Made by a program: the position numbers and the translations under genes. Of a stretch of 64,000 nucleotides of DNA, positions 34,831 to 45,248 are shown in pieces. Within the stretch, counting starts at the first letter, position 1. The number at the start of each line of letters is the position of its first letter. The DNA is from Neoechinorhynchus agilis (Eukaryota; Animalia; Acanthocephala). Under the pieces are notes generated by a model. That model was not told the origin of the DNA. It made no database searches and saw only the letters and a program-made list of their open reading frames with translations. Location of the stretch: the NCBI GenBank assembly GCA_051530055.1, contig CM121343.1, forward strand, positions 590,389 through 654,388, in the 5' to 3' direction.

Positions 34831-36947
34831 TCAGAACGATTTAGTGTCGTGTTGAGAGTCTCCACCGGATCCGTTCATCGGATGGTTTAGATAATTCAAG
34901 CTACTTGGATGCAGCAATACGGGTGTAATGAGCGGCGAAGATGGCAAACTCGACGATGATGATGATGATATTGGTGTATTAGTAGCAGTGGTAGTAGTCG
35001 TTGTCGTCGCTGTCGTCGTTGATAGTCGTGACATGAGATGTGAGTGATTTGCATAGATAAATAGATTAGCTGTCGCAGCGATCGCCATCGTATCCCCTCT
35101 TGGACTGAATGCACAGTGCATTACTCGTCGATTAAAGTCCGATTCGGTTAGCTTTATTCGACGCCGCCGGTACGTTTCGCTACTGTTATTATTGGTACTA
35201 TTAGACGAGTAGCTGACCGCATTAGGAGGTGTTAAAGTGGCGACATTGGCGTTCATTGGACCAGAAGTAAGGCTGACGGAGGGACTAGTTCCGCCGTTTC
35301 GTTTGTCAGTAAGCAGTTGATTGGCGTAACTTGCATTATCAGCTGATGCTTCATAGATGGATACGTTCTGAGTATTTCGATTAATACACGAAAATAAGTG
35401 ACCGTAAGATCCGGTGACGATGTGTCGATCATCCGGACTAAACGAACAATCGAACTTATCGAATATAGAATCGTTCTCGTATAGAGTGCATAGCAGTGGT
35501 TTAACGTGCTCGTGTACATTGTATATCTCAAGCGGACGTGAGTTTTGCCTAGAATCCCAGACTTTGACGGTCAGATAATCTCGTGTTGCCATCAGAAAAT
35601 CGTGACCTTGTACGTTAAGAGGCGATATGCGCACATTTTAGATTTTTTAAGTGCCACACCTCCGCGCACGTCGCCGGGTTTACCGAATTTTACATCGCTC
35701 ATAGAGCCAATAATCTCAGAGAAAAATCCTCTTGGGAACCTAGTGTCATCGGGTTGTTCAAAAGCAACGAATGTCCTATCACATAAAGCCTGAGTTCGCA
35801 TATCACACAGACGTAGAATCCCTTTGCTGCTTGAAAAGGCAAACAAATGGGAATAGTGTGGGTGGCAGGTTGAAGCTGTAATGACCTCTGTCAGATTCTC
35901 CATATTCCTCGGTTTCAAATCCACGATCTGGAATAACTCATTATCATAGTCGAGATGCCAACAATTTACCCGTAGATCGTCACTGCTCAAAAATAACTCA
36001 CCATCCGCAAACAAACTAATCGAATTTAGGTGGTACATGTGACCATTTTTGTAAACTACTTTCAATACAGGACTAACGTGTGGCTCTTGTAGTCTTCGCA
36101 ATTTAGGCAATTCCAAGAAACCGCCATGGCCTAGCTGCTCAGCGGCAAATTCACCTTCGGCAACGAAGCGACGTTCACGTAATCGCCAAAGCTTTATCGT
36201 TTTATCATTGCAAGTCAAAATCGATTCGTGTTGACGGTATCCTTTCAAAAACTCAATATTGTTCACTCGTTCGTCAATCTCCAGGCTTTTTAGATAGTCA
36301 AACTCAGGCTCATGAGCCGTGAATGAACAGTAAACGCTATAATAATCCATCGTTGGAGGGTATGGAGACAAAGAATCATCGATGGCACTCATTTCTACTT
36401 CAATTCGCTTAAACAACACGATACGACCTAACTTATCACCGGTTGCAATCATGTCCCCGCATTCATTGAACTGAACCGTTGATATTGAGTCACCTAAAGG
36501 TACAAATGGCGATTGGTGCGAGGAGGTACCGGGGAATGTGATTGGAATTATTGTTTAGAACTGATGATGAACCCGACGAGGTTCGAAACGTTTTAATTCC
36601 AACCTAAAGGTTAGTTGTTTTTTTTAACGGAAAGCAAACTAATGGAAAAATAACGTCAAAAAAAGTAAAATCGGCCATTTGGAATCGTTAAACAAGTAAC
36701 GATCGCCGCCGATATTTGATTGACCAAAATCGCCAAAAAAAATTTAATTGCTTTAATGTACTTTTTAGTCAAAAATGAAAAAATTACCTTCATTACAGTC
36801 GGATCCTGGCGTAACTCCTTTGAGTATTGAAAGGTACCACTGAACCTCTACGCAGAAAAGTTCATAAATAAATCCGTTCATAAGAATCGAACCTTCATTA
36901 CTATGACCAGCGGTGGCAACATCCCCACCAACTATAGACGAATACAT
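34831..36947 (-). CDS. PPP2R2: PP2A regulatory subunit B55 (PPP2R2/twins family); introns 36787-36494 and ~35680-35605; start codon uncertain
   Basis: ATGDK.GR.V.F, HEPEFDYLKSLEI.E, H.YH.NSIS, FFSEII.S.SDVKF, TRDYLTVKVWD, LYEND.IFDKF.C motifs. Confidence 0.95.
36502..36601 (+). mobile_element. 100-bp insertion with intact-core minimal hammerhead, flanked by a 10-bp direct repeat
   Basis: ACCTAAAGGT at 36492-36501 and 36602-36611; CUGAUGA-U-GAACC-CGACGA-GGUUC-GAAA-CGUU at 36561-36592. Confidence 0.8.
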
Positions 36948-37639
36948 TGCGACCGAACAGTCTCTCGTAGTTTTCTATCGAAACAACTCTACGTGTATGG
37001 AATTGCGCACATGTACGCGCGCGCGAAGGGCGTAAACAAACGTAGAAGCGAAGACGAGGCTCGCGCTCTCTCAAACTCACCCGAATTAAAGATTCCGGTC
37101 CCGTATTCGCTCTCTTATCTATCATTCAACGATTCTTCCAGAACCATACACGCGTTCAACTGTACGGCTTTGCGAAAATAATCGATCGGAAATAATGATA
37201 AATCTAGCGATTTTAGGATTTTTAAATTTTCTTTAATACAAATTTGAACTTTTGTACTTCCAATTCAAATGATTAACGCTCCCATTCATCGGCGCTGGGA
37301 AAAATGCTGGTCGCATTGCCCCGGTGCACCGCAATGCTTGCTTTTTTGCGCCAAGAACGACGTCGATCTTGGCTCTCCAGTCGCCGCGTTGATAACCAAT
37401 AATCTGATCTTTTGCACTCAAACCAGCGATGAGTCTAATCACTGAAATTCAATTTTAATCAATCCGAGCAGAAATACTTTAAAAATAGAATTAAGAGGTA
37501 TTTTAACGAAATATTTCGAAAGAGAGAGCCTCATCTTATCCAGATCATCTAAAATGTTCTATTTTTAAGTGTTTAAAACGTCCCTTCGCTAGGCTTTGTC
37601 CTTTTTTAGGCATAAAGCCAACTGATAGCTTCGATCAGG

Positions 37640-38640
37640 CAAGTAATTGAATCACTCCGGATTCTCAAATACCTCCCGAGGAGGCGGAGCTCATTAGAGA
37701 GTTTCCTCTTCCCTTTAGCGGGGTATTGCGTCCCCTTTGTGCGTTATCGGTCTTAATGGATTTTTAACCTTTTTTGACCCTGAAACAGGGATTCGGGGCT
37801 CCAACTCGGCACAAATACGGAATGTACAACAAAATCAGCCAGTTTTTAATTTTGGAACAATTATTTAATTATTTTATCTCTATATCTGGCTAGCCGGTTA
37901 CTTTTTATTACGCGTTGAAGTGAGGCCTTTTTCAAGGCTGATAATTTTGTTCCTTGGGCACACATCCCACCGACATGGTTCAGGGAAGCGCTTAAAGTCA
38001 CTTAATACCCCGAAGCACACGGCTATGAGTTTTGTACGCATTAATCCGGATTCTCAGATACCTCCCGAGGAGGCGGGACTTTTCAGAGAGTTTCCTCTTC
38101 CCTTCGGCGGGGTATTGCGTCCCCTTTGTGCGTTATCGGTCTTAATGGATTTTGAACCTTTTTGACCCTGAAACAAGGATTCGGGGCTCCAGCTCGGCAC
38201 AAATACGGAATGTACAACAAAATCAGCCAGTTTTTAATTTTGGAACAATTATTGAATTATTTTCTCTCTATATCTGGCTAGCCGGTTACTTTTTATTACG
38301 TGTTGAAGTGAGGCCTTTTTCTAGGCTGATAATTTTGTTCCTTGGGCACACATCCCACCGACATCGTTCAAGGAAGCGCATAAAATCACTTAATACCCCG
38401 AAGCACACGGCTATGAGTTTTGTACGCATTAATCCGGATTCCGGGATTCATCAGAGAGTTTCCTCTTCCCTTCGGCGGGGTATTGCATCCCCTTTGTGCG
38501 TTATCGGTCTTAATGGATTTTGAACCTCTTTTGACCCTGAAACAAGGATTCAGAGCTCCAACTTTGCACAATACGGAATATGCAACAAGATCAGGGTAAG
38601 TGTTGAACTCTTTAATGGCAAGCCGGTTATATTGATTTTT
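37640..38640 (-). repeat. Tandem array (~389 bp, ~2.6 copies) of the tRNA-headed hammerhead repeat, GCAA subfamily
   Basis: ATTCTCArATACCTCCCGAGG at 37661 and 38050; third copy with internal deletion at ~38430; A/B-box-like motifs at 38189-38201 and 38147-38158. Confidence 0.85.
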
Positions 38641-38699
38641 CTTGGATACAATAGAAAATGACTAGAACATTTTAGAAGTCTGCGTCTTTTAATACCTTA

Positions 38700-38820
38700 C
38701 AAACTGATGATGAAATTGACGAGGTTCGCAGAACATCTTTATCAGGCAAAATTATTTACCAATTGAAGACCTAAACTAATTTTGATTACATCACCCGGTA
38801 CTTCCTCACATGTCGACATT
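38700..38820. repeat. Diverged copy of the minimal-hammerhead short element
   Basis: AAACTGATGATGAAATTGACGAGGTTCGCAGAAC plus inverted leader CCGGTACTTCCTCACATGTCGACATTTT. Confidence 0.7.
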
Positions 38821-39479
38821 TTAAAGCTTTTGAGATGACTGATGAGGCTTTCTCTTTTGAAATATTTCTTAGCGATAAAATACATATTAACCGGAATTTT
38901 CTTCACCGCGATTTAAACTTTTGTTTTCGCAATATTTCGTCGGACTTCTTCAAGTGACTTGTAGTTTTTTAGTTGAGAGGACTTACAAGCAACCTGAAGA
39001 AGTAGGGAAATAACAAATTAATCTCTATTTTCTCAATCACCAAACAAAATATATCCATGAACAACTTTGTACGATCCCAGGTTCCCGAGTAAAAATGAAA
39101 ACAGTCATTTCGTGTGTGTTGTGACAAATTCCCCTGCAAATTGTTTTAGATTGAATTGACTGATTCAATGAGTCGAAATGTATACATTCTTTCCTTTATT
39201 GCGATCTCCCTCGGGTATCGACAAGCGACCTGAATAACGATACATCTAACCACACCCGAATGCAATCTTCAATATAACATTGGAATTTATTTAAAATATA
39301 CGTTAAGAAACTTGGAGAATGATTATCCATGTTTTTAAATCCAATTTTTATAAAAAATAATGGGAGGACATTCAATCGTATCCTTTTACCTTATCGGATT
39401 TCTAAGGTGAAAAATTCTCAAAAATTGGAAATGAGTATAATTGGTAGTTTTATAAGTTCTTAGTATCTTATTGAACTTT

Positions 39480-40740
39480 TAAGGTTGTAGATTACAATTA
39501 CTAATTATCTACGACTATTTCCTTTATATTTTTTAAATCTTTTCTAATTGGCTGAAAAGTTTGAGCTCATGAACGTCGATTTGGGTTTAAAGCATTCGTT
39601 AGTAATATTCTTAAGAATTAAATTTCGTTATTTAAGCTGTTTTTTGGTTGTAGATTACAATTAAACACTTCGTAATTATCTAGGACTATTTCCTTTATAT
39701 TTTTAAATCTTTTCTAATTGGCTGAAAAGTTTGAGCTCATGAACGTCGATTTGAGTTTAAAGCATTCGTTAGTAATATTCTTAAGAATTAAATTTCGTTA
39801 TTTAAGCTGTTTTTTGGGTTATAAATTGCAATTAAACACTCCGTAATTATCTAGGACTATTTCCTTTATATTTTTAAATCTTTTCTAATTGGCTGAAAAG
39901 TTTGAGCTCATGAACGCCAATTTGTGTTTAAAGTATTCGTTAGTAATATTCTTAAGAATTAAATTTCGTTATTTAAGCCGTTTTTGGGTTGTAAATTACA
40001 ATTAAACACGTCCTAATTATCTACGATTATTTCCTTTATATTTTTATATCTTTTCTAATTGGCCGAGAAGTTTGAGCTCACGTACAACTCATGAACGTCG
40101 ATTTGTGCTTAAAGTATTCGTTATTAATATTCTTAAGAATTAAATTTCGTTATTTAAGCCGTTTTGGGTTGTAGATTACAATTAAAAAGGTCGTAATTAT
40201 CTACGACTATTTCCTTTATATTTTTTAAATCTTTTCTAATTGGCCGAGAAGTTTGAGCTCATGAACGTCGATTTGTGTTTAAAGTATTCGTTAGTAATAT
40301 TCTTAAGAATTAAATTTCGTTATTTAAGCCGTTTTTGGGTTATAAATTGCAATTAAGCACGTCCTAATTATCTAGGACTGTTTCCTTTATATTTTTTAAA
40401 TCTTTTCTAATTGGCTGAAAAGTTTGAGCTCATGAACGTCGATTTGTGGTTAAAGTATTCGTTATTAATTTTCTTAAGAATTAAATTTCGTTATTTAAGC
40501 CGTTTTTGGGTTGTAAATTGCAATTAAAAGCGTCAAAAGTTTGAGCTCACGTACAACTCATGAACGCCAATTTGTGTTTAAAGCATTCGTTATTAATATT
40601 CTTAAGAATAAAATTTCGTTATTTAAGCCGTTTTGGGTTATAAAGTCGTAATTATCTACGATTATTTCCTTTATATTTTTATATCTAATCTCATTGGCTG
40701 AAAAGTTTGAGCTCATGAACGTCGATTTGTGTTCGTTATT
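39480..40740. repeat. ~170-bp AT-rich tandem repeat, ~7.5 copies
   Basis: TTTCTAATTGGC at 39541, 39711, 39882, 40052, 40233 and 40404. Confidence 0.95.
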
Positions 40741-40780
40741 AATCTTGTTAAGTGGAAAAATATACACAATTTATATTAGT

Positions 40781-41287
40781 TTATGAATTATGTAAAATGG
40801 TCATGGAAATGATGATGATGATGATGCTGAACAATGTTCGATGAATTTGATTTGTGATGGCGATGTTCGAATTGAGTTCCGGTTCACTGTGCCAGTGGAC
40901 GTAAGCATACGAAGGAGCCATCGATTTTGTTTCATTTGAAATTAGATGGCACGAGTAGAGAAAAGTTATTCTGTTTCGAGTCGATTGAGCAATATGAGAA
41001 TTTCCAACACGAGTGTTCAATTTGACGCATGATTGATTGAGTTTTTGATGATCAAGAAGTATCGGCTTATAGGTATTTTTCGGAGATTTGTGATCTTTTA
41101 TATCGAGAAAACAAATAAGATTCAATGGCACAGAAAACCTGGTTGCCGGATTGACACATGCAAGGATATGATCGGGAAAATGGTCATCATTGAAAACGCG
41201 GCTTTCATTTGGACTCATTTGAACTTGTAAATGAGCATTTGACTCATGGAATAAGATCGACAGCTGAATGATGAATATCACTTGCAT
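40781..41287 (-). CDS. Hypothetical 168-aa protein, possible signal peptide and hydrophobic C-terminus
   Basis: Open frame with hydrophobic N-terminus; no family recognised. Confidence 0.4.
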   Translation of the reverse strand: MQVIFIIQLSILFHESNAHLQVQMSPNESRVFNDDHFPDHILACVNPATRFSVPLNLICFLDIKDHKSPKNTYKPILLDHQKLNQSCVKLNTRVGNSHIAQSTRNRITFLYSCHLISNETKSMAPSYAYVHWHSEPELNSNIAITNQIHRTLFSIIIIIISMTILHNS

Positions 41288-41725
41288 ATCGTTACGAACA
41301 CGTAAGCGTAGATCGGGTCGTTTGTTGCTGACGTTTGACCACGCAGTTTGTCTCTGGTGCAGATGGTGCTTTTACTGTAAACTACTAAAAACGTATACGT
41401 TGTTGTTGTTTTCCGTTGGAATTTCCCGATAGTACACACTTTCGAAACTCTGGGCGTTTTGTTTGTCTTAAAGGTTACGCGCGCGCGCAACCGCCAGATG
41501 GTTTCACAAACACGTGCACGAATACGCCGTTCGACGACGACGACGACGATGATCGATTGGCTGGGTGGTCGTCGGTGATGAACACTGGATGAAACGAACA
41601 CTTTTCATTTTCTAAGAAACGACCTTGCACCCTGTTAAAAACGTTTTCTTTCACCCTTTCACACACAAAGGCAACTTATTTGCATTCATTTACATACGCT
41701 AACCGACGTCGTCGTCTTCGTCGTT

Positions 41726-42163
41726 TCATGGGACCTTTTTGAGTGACGCGCTGGATGAACATTGCCATGAACGATAATCTTCTATATTAAATAGACTCAA
41801 ATCAGTCTCGTCTTGTATTCCAAGCTCTTGTAAACTACGCCCATCGCCCATATACGGAGCATTGCTCACTCCTTTACGATTTATGAGCACTTCAGATCCC
41901 TTACAACCAAACGCATGACCTTCTACCGCAAACTGGTCGTAGTGGTCCAATAGTGCACTCCGAAATGGAATCGGTAAATCGGCCGCTGTCGAACGCCATG
42001 AGGGATTCTGAAGCTCCTCTTTTACTATCACCAACAAATCACTAAGTGTCGTTGCCGATAATTGAATGTCTTTTAACACTAAAGGACGAACATTCCGATC
42101 TTGAAACGATCTTACGAGTCGAATAGTCAACTTTGCCATCGTCTCACGCGCACAAATCATCAA
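41726..42163 (-). CDS. C2orf76: UPF0538 / C2orf76-like protein
   Basis: LTIRLVRSF..RN..P.V, LP.PFR, H.F..K..E..I, L...GI..ET..S.F..EDY motifs. Confidence 0.8.
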   Translation of the reverse strand: MMICARETMAKLTIRLVRSFQDRNVRPLVLKDIQLSATTLSDLLVIVKEELQNPSWRSTAADLPIPFRSALLDHYDQFAVEGHAFGCKGSEVLINRKGVSNAPYMGDGRSLQELGIQDETDLSLFNIEDYRSWQCSSSASLKKVP

Positions 42164-42179
42164 TCACGCCGTGTACATG

Positions 42180-43000
42180 AGCTCTTTTATACTCACGGAA
42201 GAATGATAAGTATTGGCGAATAAAGCTCTCAACAACTCATCCTTCTCAGGGTCGCACGAAAACCAGTTTTCATCCACGATTTCTATGCCTTCCGCTATTT
42301 CTTCGATTAGGACAAGGAAAGACTCCAAATCGGTCATCTCCTGTACAAAGCCTCCGATCCCACATTAATACCCCTTCAAAAACAAGTCCCACCTCCCTTG
42401 CCTTCAACATCCGACATCCAGACACCGTTTAGCAAAGATAGATGCTGGCAAGTGTGTGGATCCTGCATTTCTTACATTAATAAAACGTGTTTATATTTCC
42501 CAACTTTTCGAATAAATCGACTGTATCGCTCCATTTGATCCTCCGTTTCCCGGTACCAACTTCCTTCAATGTGTCCGTAAAAAGTGTCGGTATCATGGTT
42601 TAAATGTTTTACGCAACACCGATTTCCATGATCCCACCTAATTTTGATTGGTGAGAGCTTAGTTTACTGTTATTTTATAAAGTTCGACTTTAATGCATCC
42701 CAGCCAATAATAACCACACGTTTATTTGTTTTTAATTAACAAAACAATGGGTGGCTCCGGATTAACATGAGTCCAATCCGTTTCCGGCGCAGCTCCCTAT
42801 CACCGGCGCTCCTTTTTCCGCAATGATCAATCTTCTGAAATACCATGACAGGGAATGAACCGGAGGAAAGACCCAACCTCACAAACTCTCCTGCAAACAA
42901 TAACCACCTACCTTCCCTTACTCGATCGGACTTCCTCCGAGCGGATATTCCCACTCGACCAAAACAGTAATATACTCAATAATCAACATCCGCATTTTTT
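42180..43000 (-). pseudogene. LINE apurinic-endonuclease remnants
   Basis: DLESFL.....I..V.ENWFS and R.DRVREG segments resemble APE motifs; an inverted repeat flanks 42720-43095. Confidence 0.4.
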
Positions 43001-43463
43001 GAACAACTCTGAACTCGAGTATTCATAAGGACCCAAAGGTACATGGGTTCTATTCTTTGTTATTTTAACAAATAAACGTGTTATTATTATGGGATCGGTT
43101 GAAGCGACAAAATTATGCCGCCGAGATGTGTTGAAGATGCAAAATTTTTTATAATTGCGTGAGAAATGATTGTGCCAATTCTAAATGGAATGAAAAACGA
43201 TTTATGAGTTTTTCAAAGAATTGAAATGGTCTAGGAATTTCGAGAGATGGAAATCTCTTTGAGTACTTGTTGGCTTTGGGAAATTTATGGGCACAAAAGC
43301 CTAAAAGATGGCTTCTTAATTTAAATGATAGATCATCATTAAATTTTAGTTTGGCCCTTCTTTTCCGGCTTATTTTTTTTAGGCACAAATTCAAACCATC
43401 AGAGAAGTGATATAACCACAGTCTCTAATGCACGGTTAAAAAGTTTGTATATTCCTCCGGATT

Positions 43464-43530
43464 CTCAGATATCTCCGAGGAGGCGGGACTCATCAGTGAG
43501 TCTCCTCCCTTCAGCGAGGTATTTCGTCCC
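43464..43530 (-). ncRNA. Strand-permuted hammerhead ribozyme candidate
   Basis: GGGAC-GAAA-UACCUC ... CUCA-CUGAUGA-GUCCC ... GAGAUAU-C-UGAG; predicted cleavage between 43468 and 43467. Confidence 0.6.
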
Positions 43531-43847
43531 CCTTTGGCTGTGCGTCATTGGCGGTAACGGATTCGGACCAGTTGATCCTAACTGGGATCTGTAGCATTAG
43601 TCCACTTGACAACCTCGACACAACTACGGAATGTACAAACTCAGTCAGTTTTTAGCGGAGGGTGAGCGCCGTATTCTATTTTAAGCTTTTTACTGGCAAG
43701 CCGCGTTGTTTCATATCATCATTAAATTTTAGTTTGTCCCTTTTTGTCCGGCTTGTTTTTCTAGGCATAAATTCAAACCATCAGAGAAGTGATATAACCA
43801 CATAGCCTCTAATGCACGGTTAAAAAGTTTGTATATTCCTCCGGATT

Positions 43848-43913
43848 CTCAGATATCTCCGAGGAGACGGGACTCATCAGTGAGTTTCCTCCCTTCAGCG
43901 AGGTATTTCGCCC
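43848..43913 (-). ncRNA. Strand-permuted hammerhead ribozyme candidate (second copy)
   Basis: GGGC-GAAA-UACCUC ... CUCA-CUGAUGA-GUCC ... GAGAUAU-C-UGAG. Confidence 0.55.
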
Positions 43914-44558
43914 TCCTTTGGTTGTACGTCATCGGCGATCGTACGCTCGAACCCGTTGGCCCTTAACTTGGATCTGGGGCATTAGTCCACTGGACCAGCT
44001 CGTGACAGCTATGGAATGTACAAACTCAGCCAATTTTTCGGCGCAGAGTGAGCGCTGTATTCTATTTTAAGTTTTTTACTGGCAAGCCGGTTTGTTTCAT
44101 GTCGCTTCTGGTGAGAGTTTTTAAAAACCTTAATTGGGATTCACAATTTTCTCGGAGCAATTTTTGTTGGTAAGTGCGGATAAAACATTATCTCAATAAG
44201 ATAACTCTATGATGCCCTGAATAATTTCTCTCGATCATTATTGGATAATTCGAGTTCTTTTTTTAGCATTTGAATCACAGGTGGCAGGCGAGTTGATGAA
44301 ACTTAATGGGAGCAAATGATTTTGCCAAAAGTACTTGGAGGAAGGGAACAATGAGTTGTACAGTTGAACGCAAATGGGAATTCGTCATGCTGTGCAAGTC
44401 CAAAAGGAATGTGGAGACGGCAAGTAAGTGTGCATGTGACTAAATAGGTGAAGCGAATAAGGCATGTCTTACTTTCATCATCACGACCCTGCCTCTTTTG
44501 GACTAGAGAACGTTTGCTCAGGCTAAAGAAGGTTCAAATACCTCAAAAATCGACCACA

Positions 44559-45248
44559 ATGCGACCAGTCGGAAAACCAACAACAATGATGGCTTTTTTA
44601 TCCATGTTGCTTCTCCTTCTTATCTTATTTACTTTTGGAATGTTAGTGACGTCCGGTCTGTACAATTTGTTCCTTCTTAAGGAACACGACTATTTTGCCG
44701 ATTACACTTCGACAGCCATTTCGGCTTATCAATTGAGTATTTCCGTATTTGTTTTAACTACAAGCTTTCTAGCACTCATTATGATGAGCTGCCTACGCAA
44801 AAGGAGCCTTTATCAACACTTCATCCTCAATCAAATGTTAAATATTTTCCTTATGGTTATTCTCCTAGGCGTCATTGCCATCATCGTGAATGGGTTACCG
44901 TCAAAAATAAGTTCCATTCTAAAAAAAGCATTCGATAGCTATGCGACAAGTGAAGATACTGAACGAAGAATCAATCGATTGCAAGCAGATCATAAGTGCT
45001 GCGGATTTCATAATTTCACAGATTTTGGATCCTCCGTGCCTCAATCTTGCTATCCAACGTCCACTGAAAACCAAACCGAACGCTCACCATTCAGTCAAGG
45101 TTGCCACGATGCCTTGTTACGCCAATACAAAAAGTTATACGACACTCTAATGCCGGTTGTTCTTAGTGCCTCAATCGCCACTTCATTAGCATTGATCTTC
45201 TCATACTTCTTTGAACGGGTTCTCAAAAAAAGGCGGATTCTTCACTAA
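44559..45248 (+). CDS. Tetraspanin-like membrane protein (intronless)
   Basis: Four hydrophobic segments; CCG motif followed by P.SC and GC in the large loop. Confidence 0.8.
   Translation: MRPVGKPTTMMAFLSMLLLLLILFTFGMLVTSGLYNLFLLKEHDYFADYTSTAISAYQLSISVFVLTTSFLALIMMSCLRKRSLYQHFILNQMLNIFLMVILLGVIAIIVNGLPSKISSILKKAFDSYATSEDTERRINRLQADHKCCGFHNFTDFGSSVPQSCYPTSTENQTERSPFSQGCHDALLRQYKKLYDTLMPVVLSASIATSLALIFSYFFERVLKKRRILH

Larger units (their letters stand above)
43332..44100 (-). mobile_element. Two tandem 384-bp copies of a tRNA-headed SINE/retrozyme-like element
   Basis: ATCATTAAATTTTAG at 43334 and 43718; A boxes 43602-43612 and 43987-43997, B boxes 43559-43569 and 43944-43954, T5 at 43438-43442 and 43822-43826. 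Confidence 0.8.

Noticed and set aside
34790-34835. Stop-codon readthrough or His-tract extension of B55
   Set aside because: Only a low-complexity CAC/CAT tract after the stop; no supporting signal.
35590-35690. Programmed frameshift in B55
   Set aside because: Phase-1 GT donors and the TACAAG acceptor give an in-frame join.
43470-43560. HDV-like ribozyme suggested by GCCTCCTCGG
   Set aside because: P3 and P1 partners and J4/2 could not be placed; the hammerhead core explains the conserved bases better.
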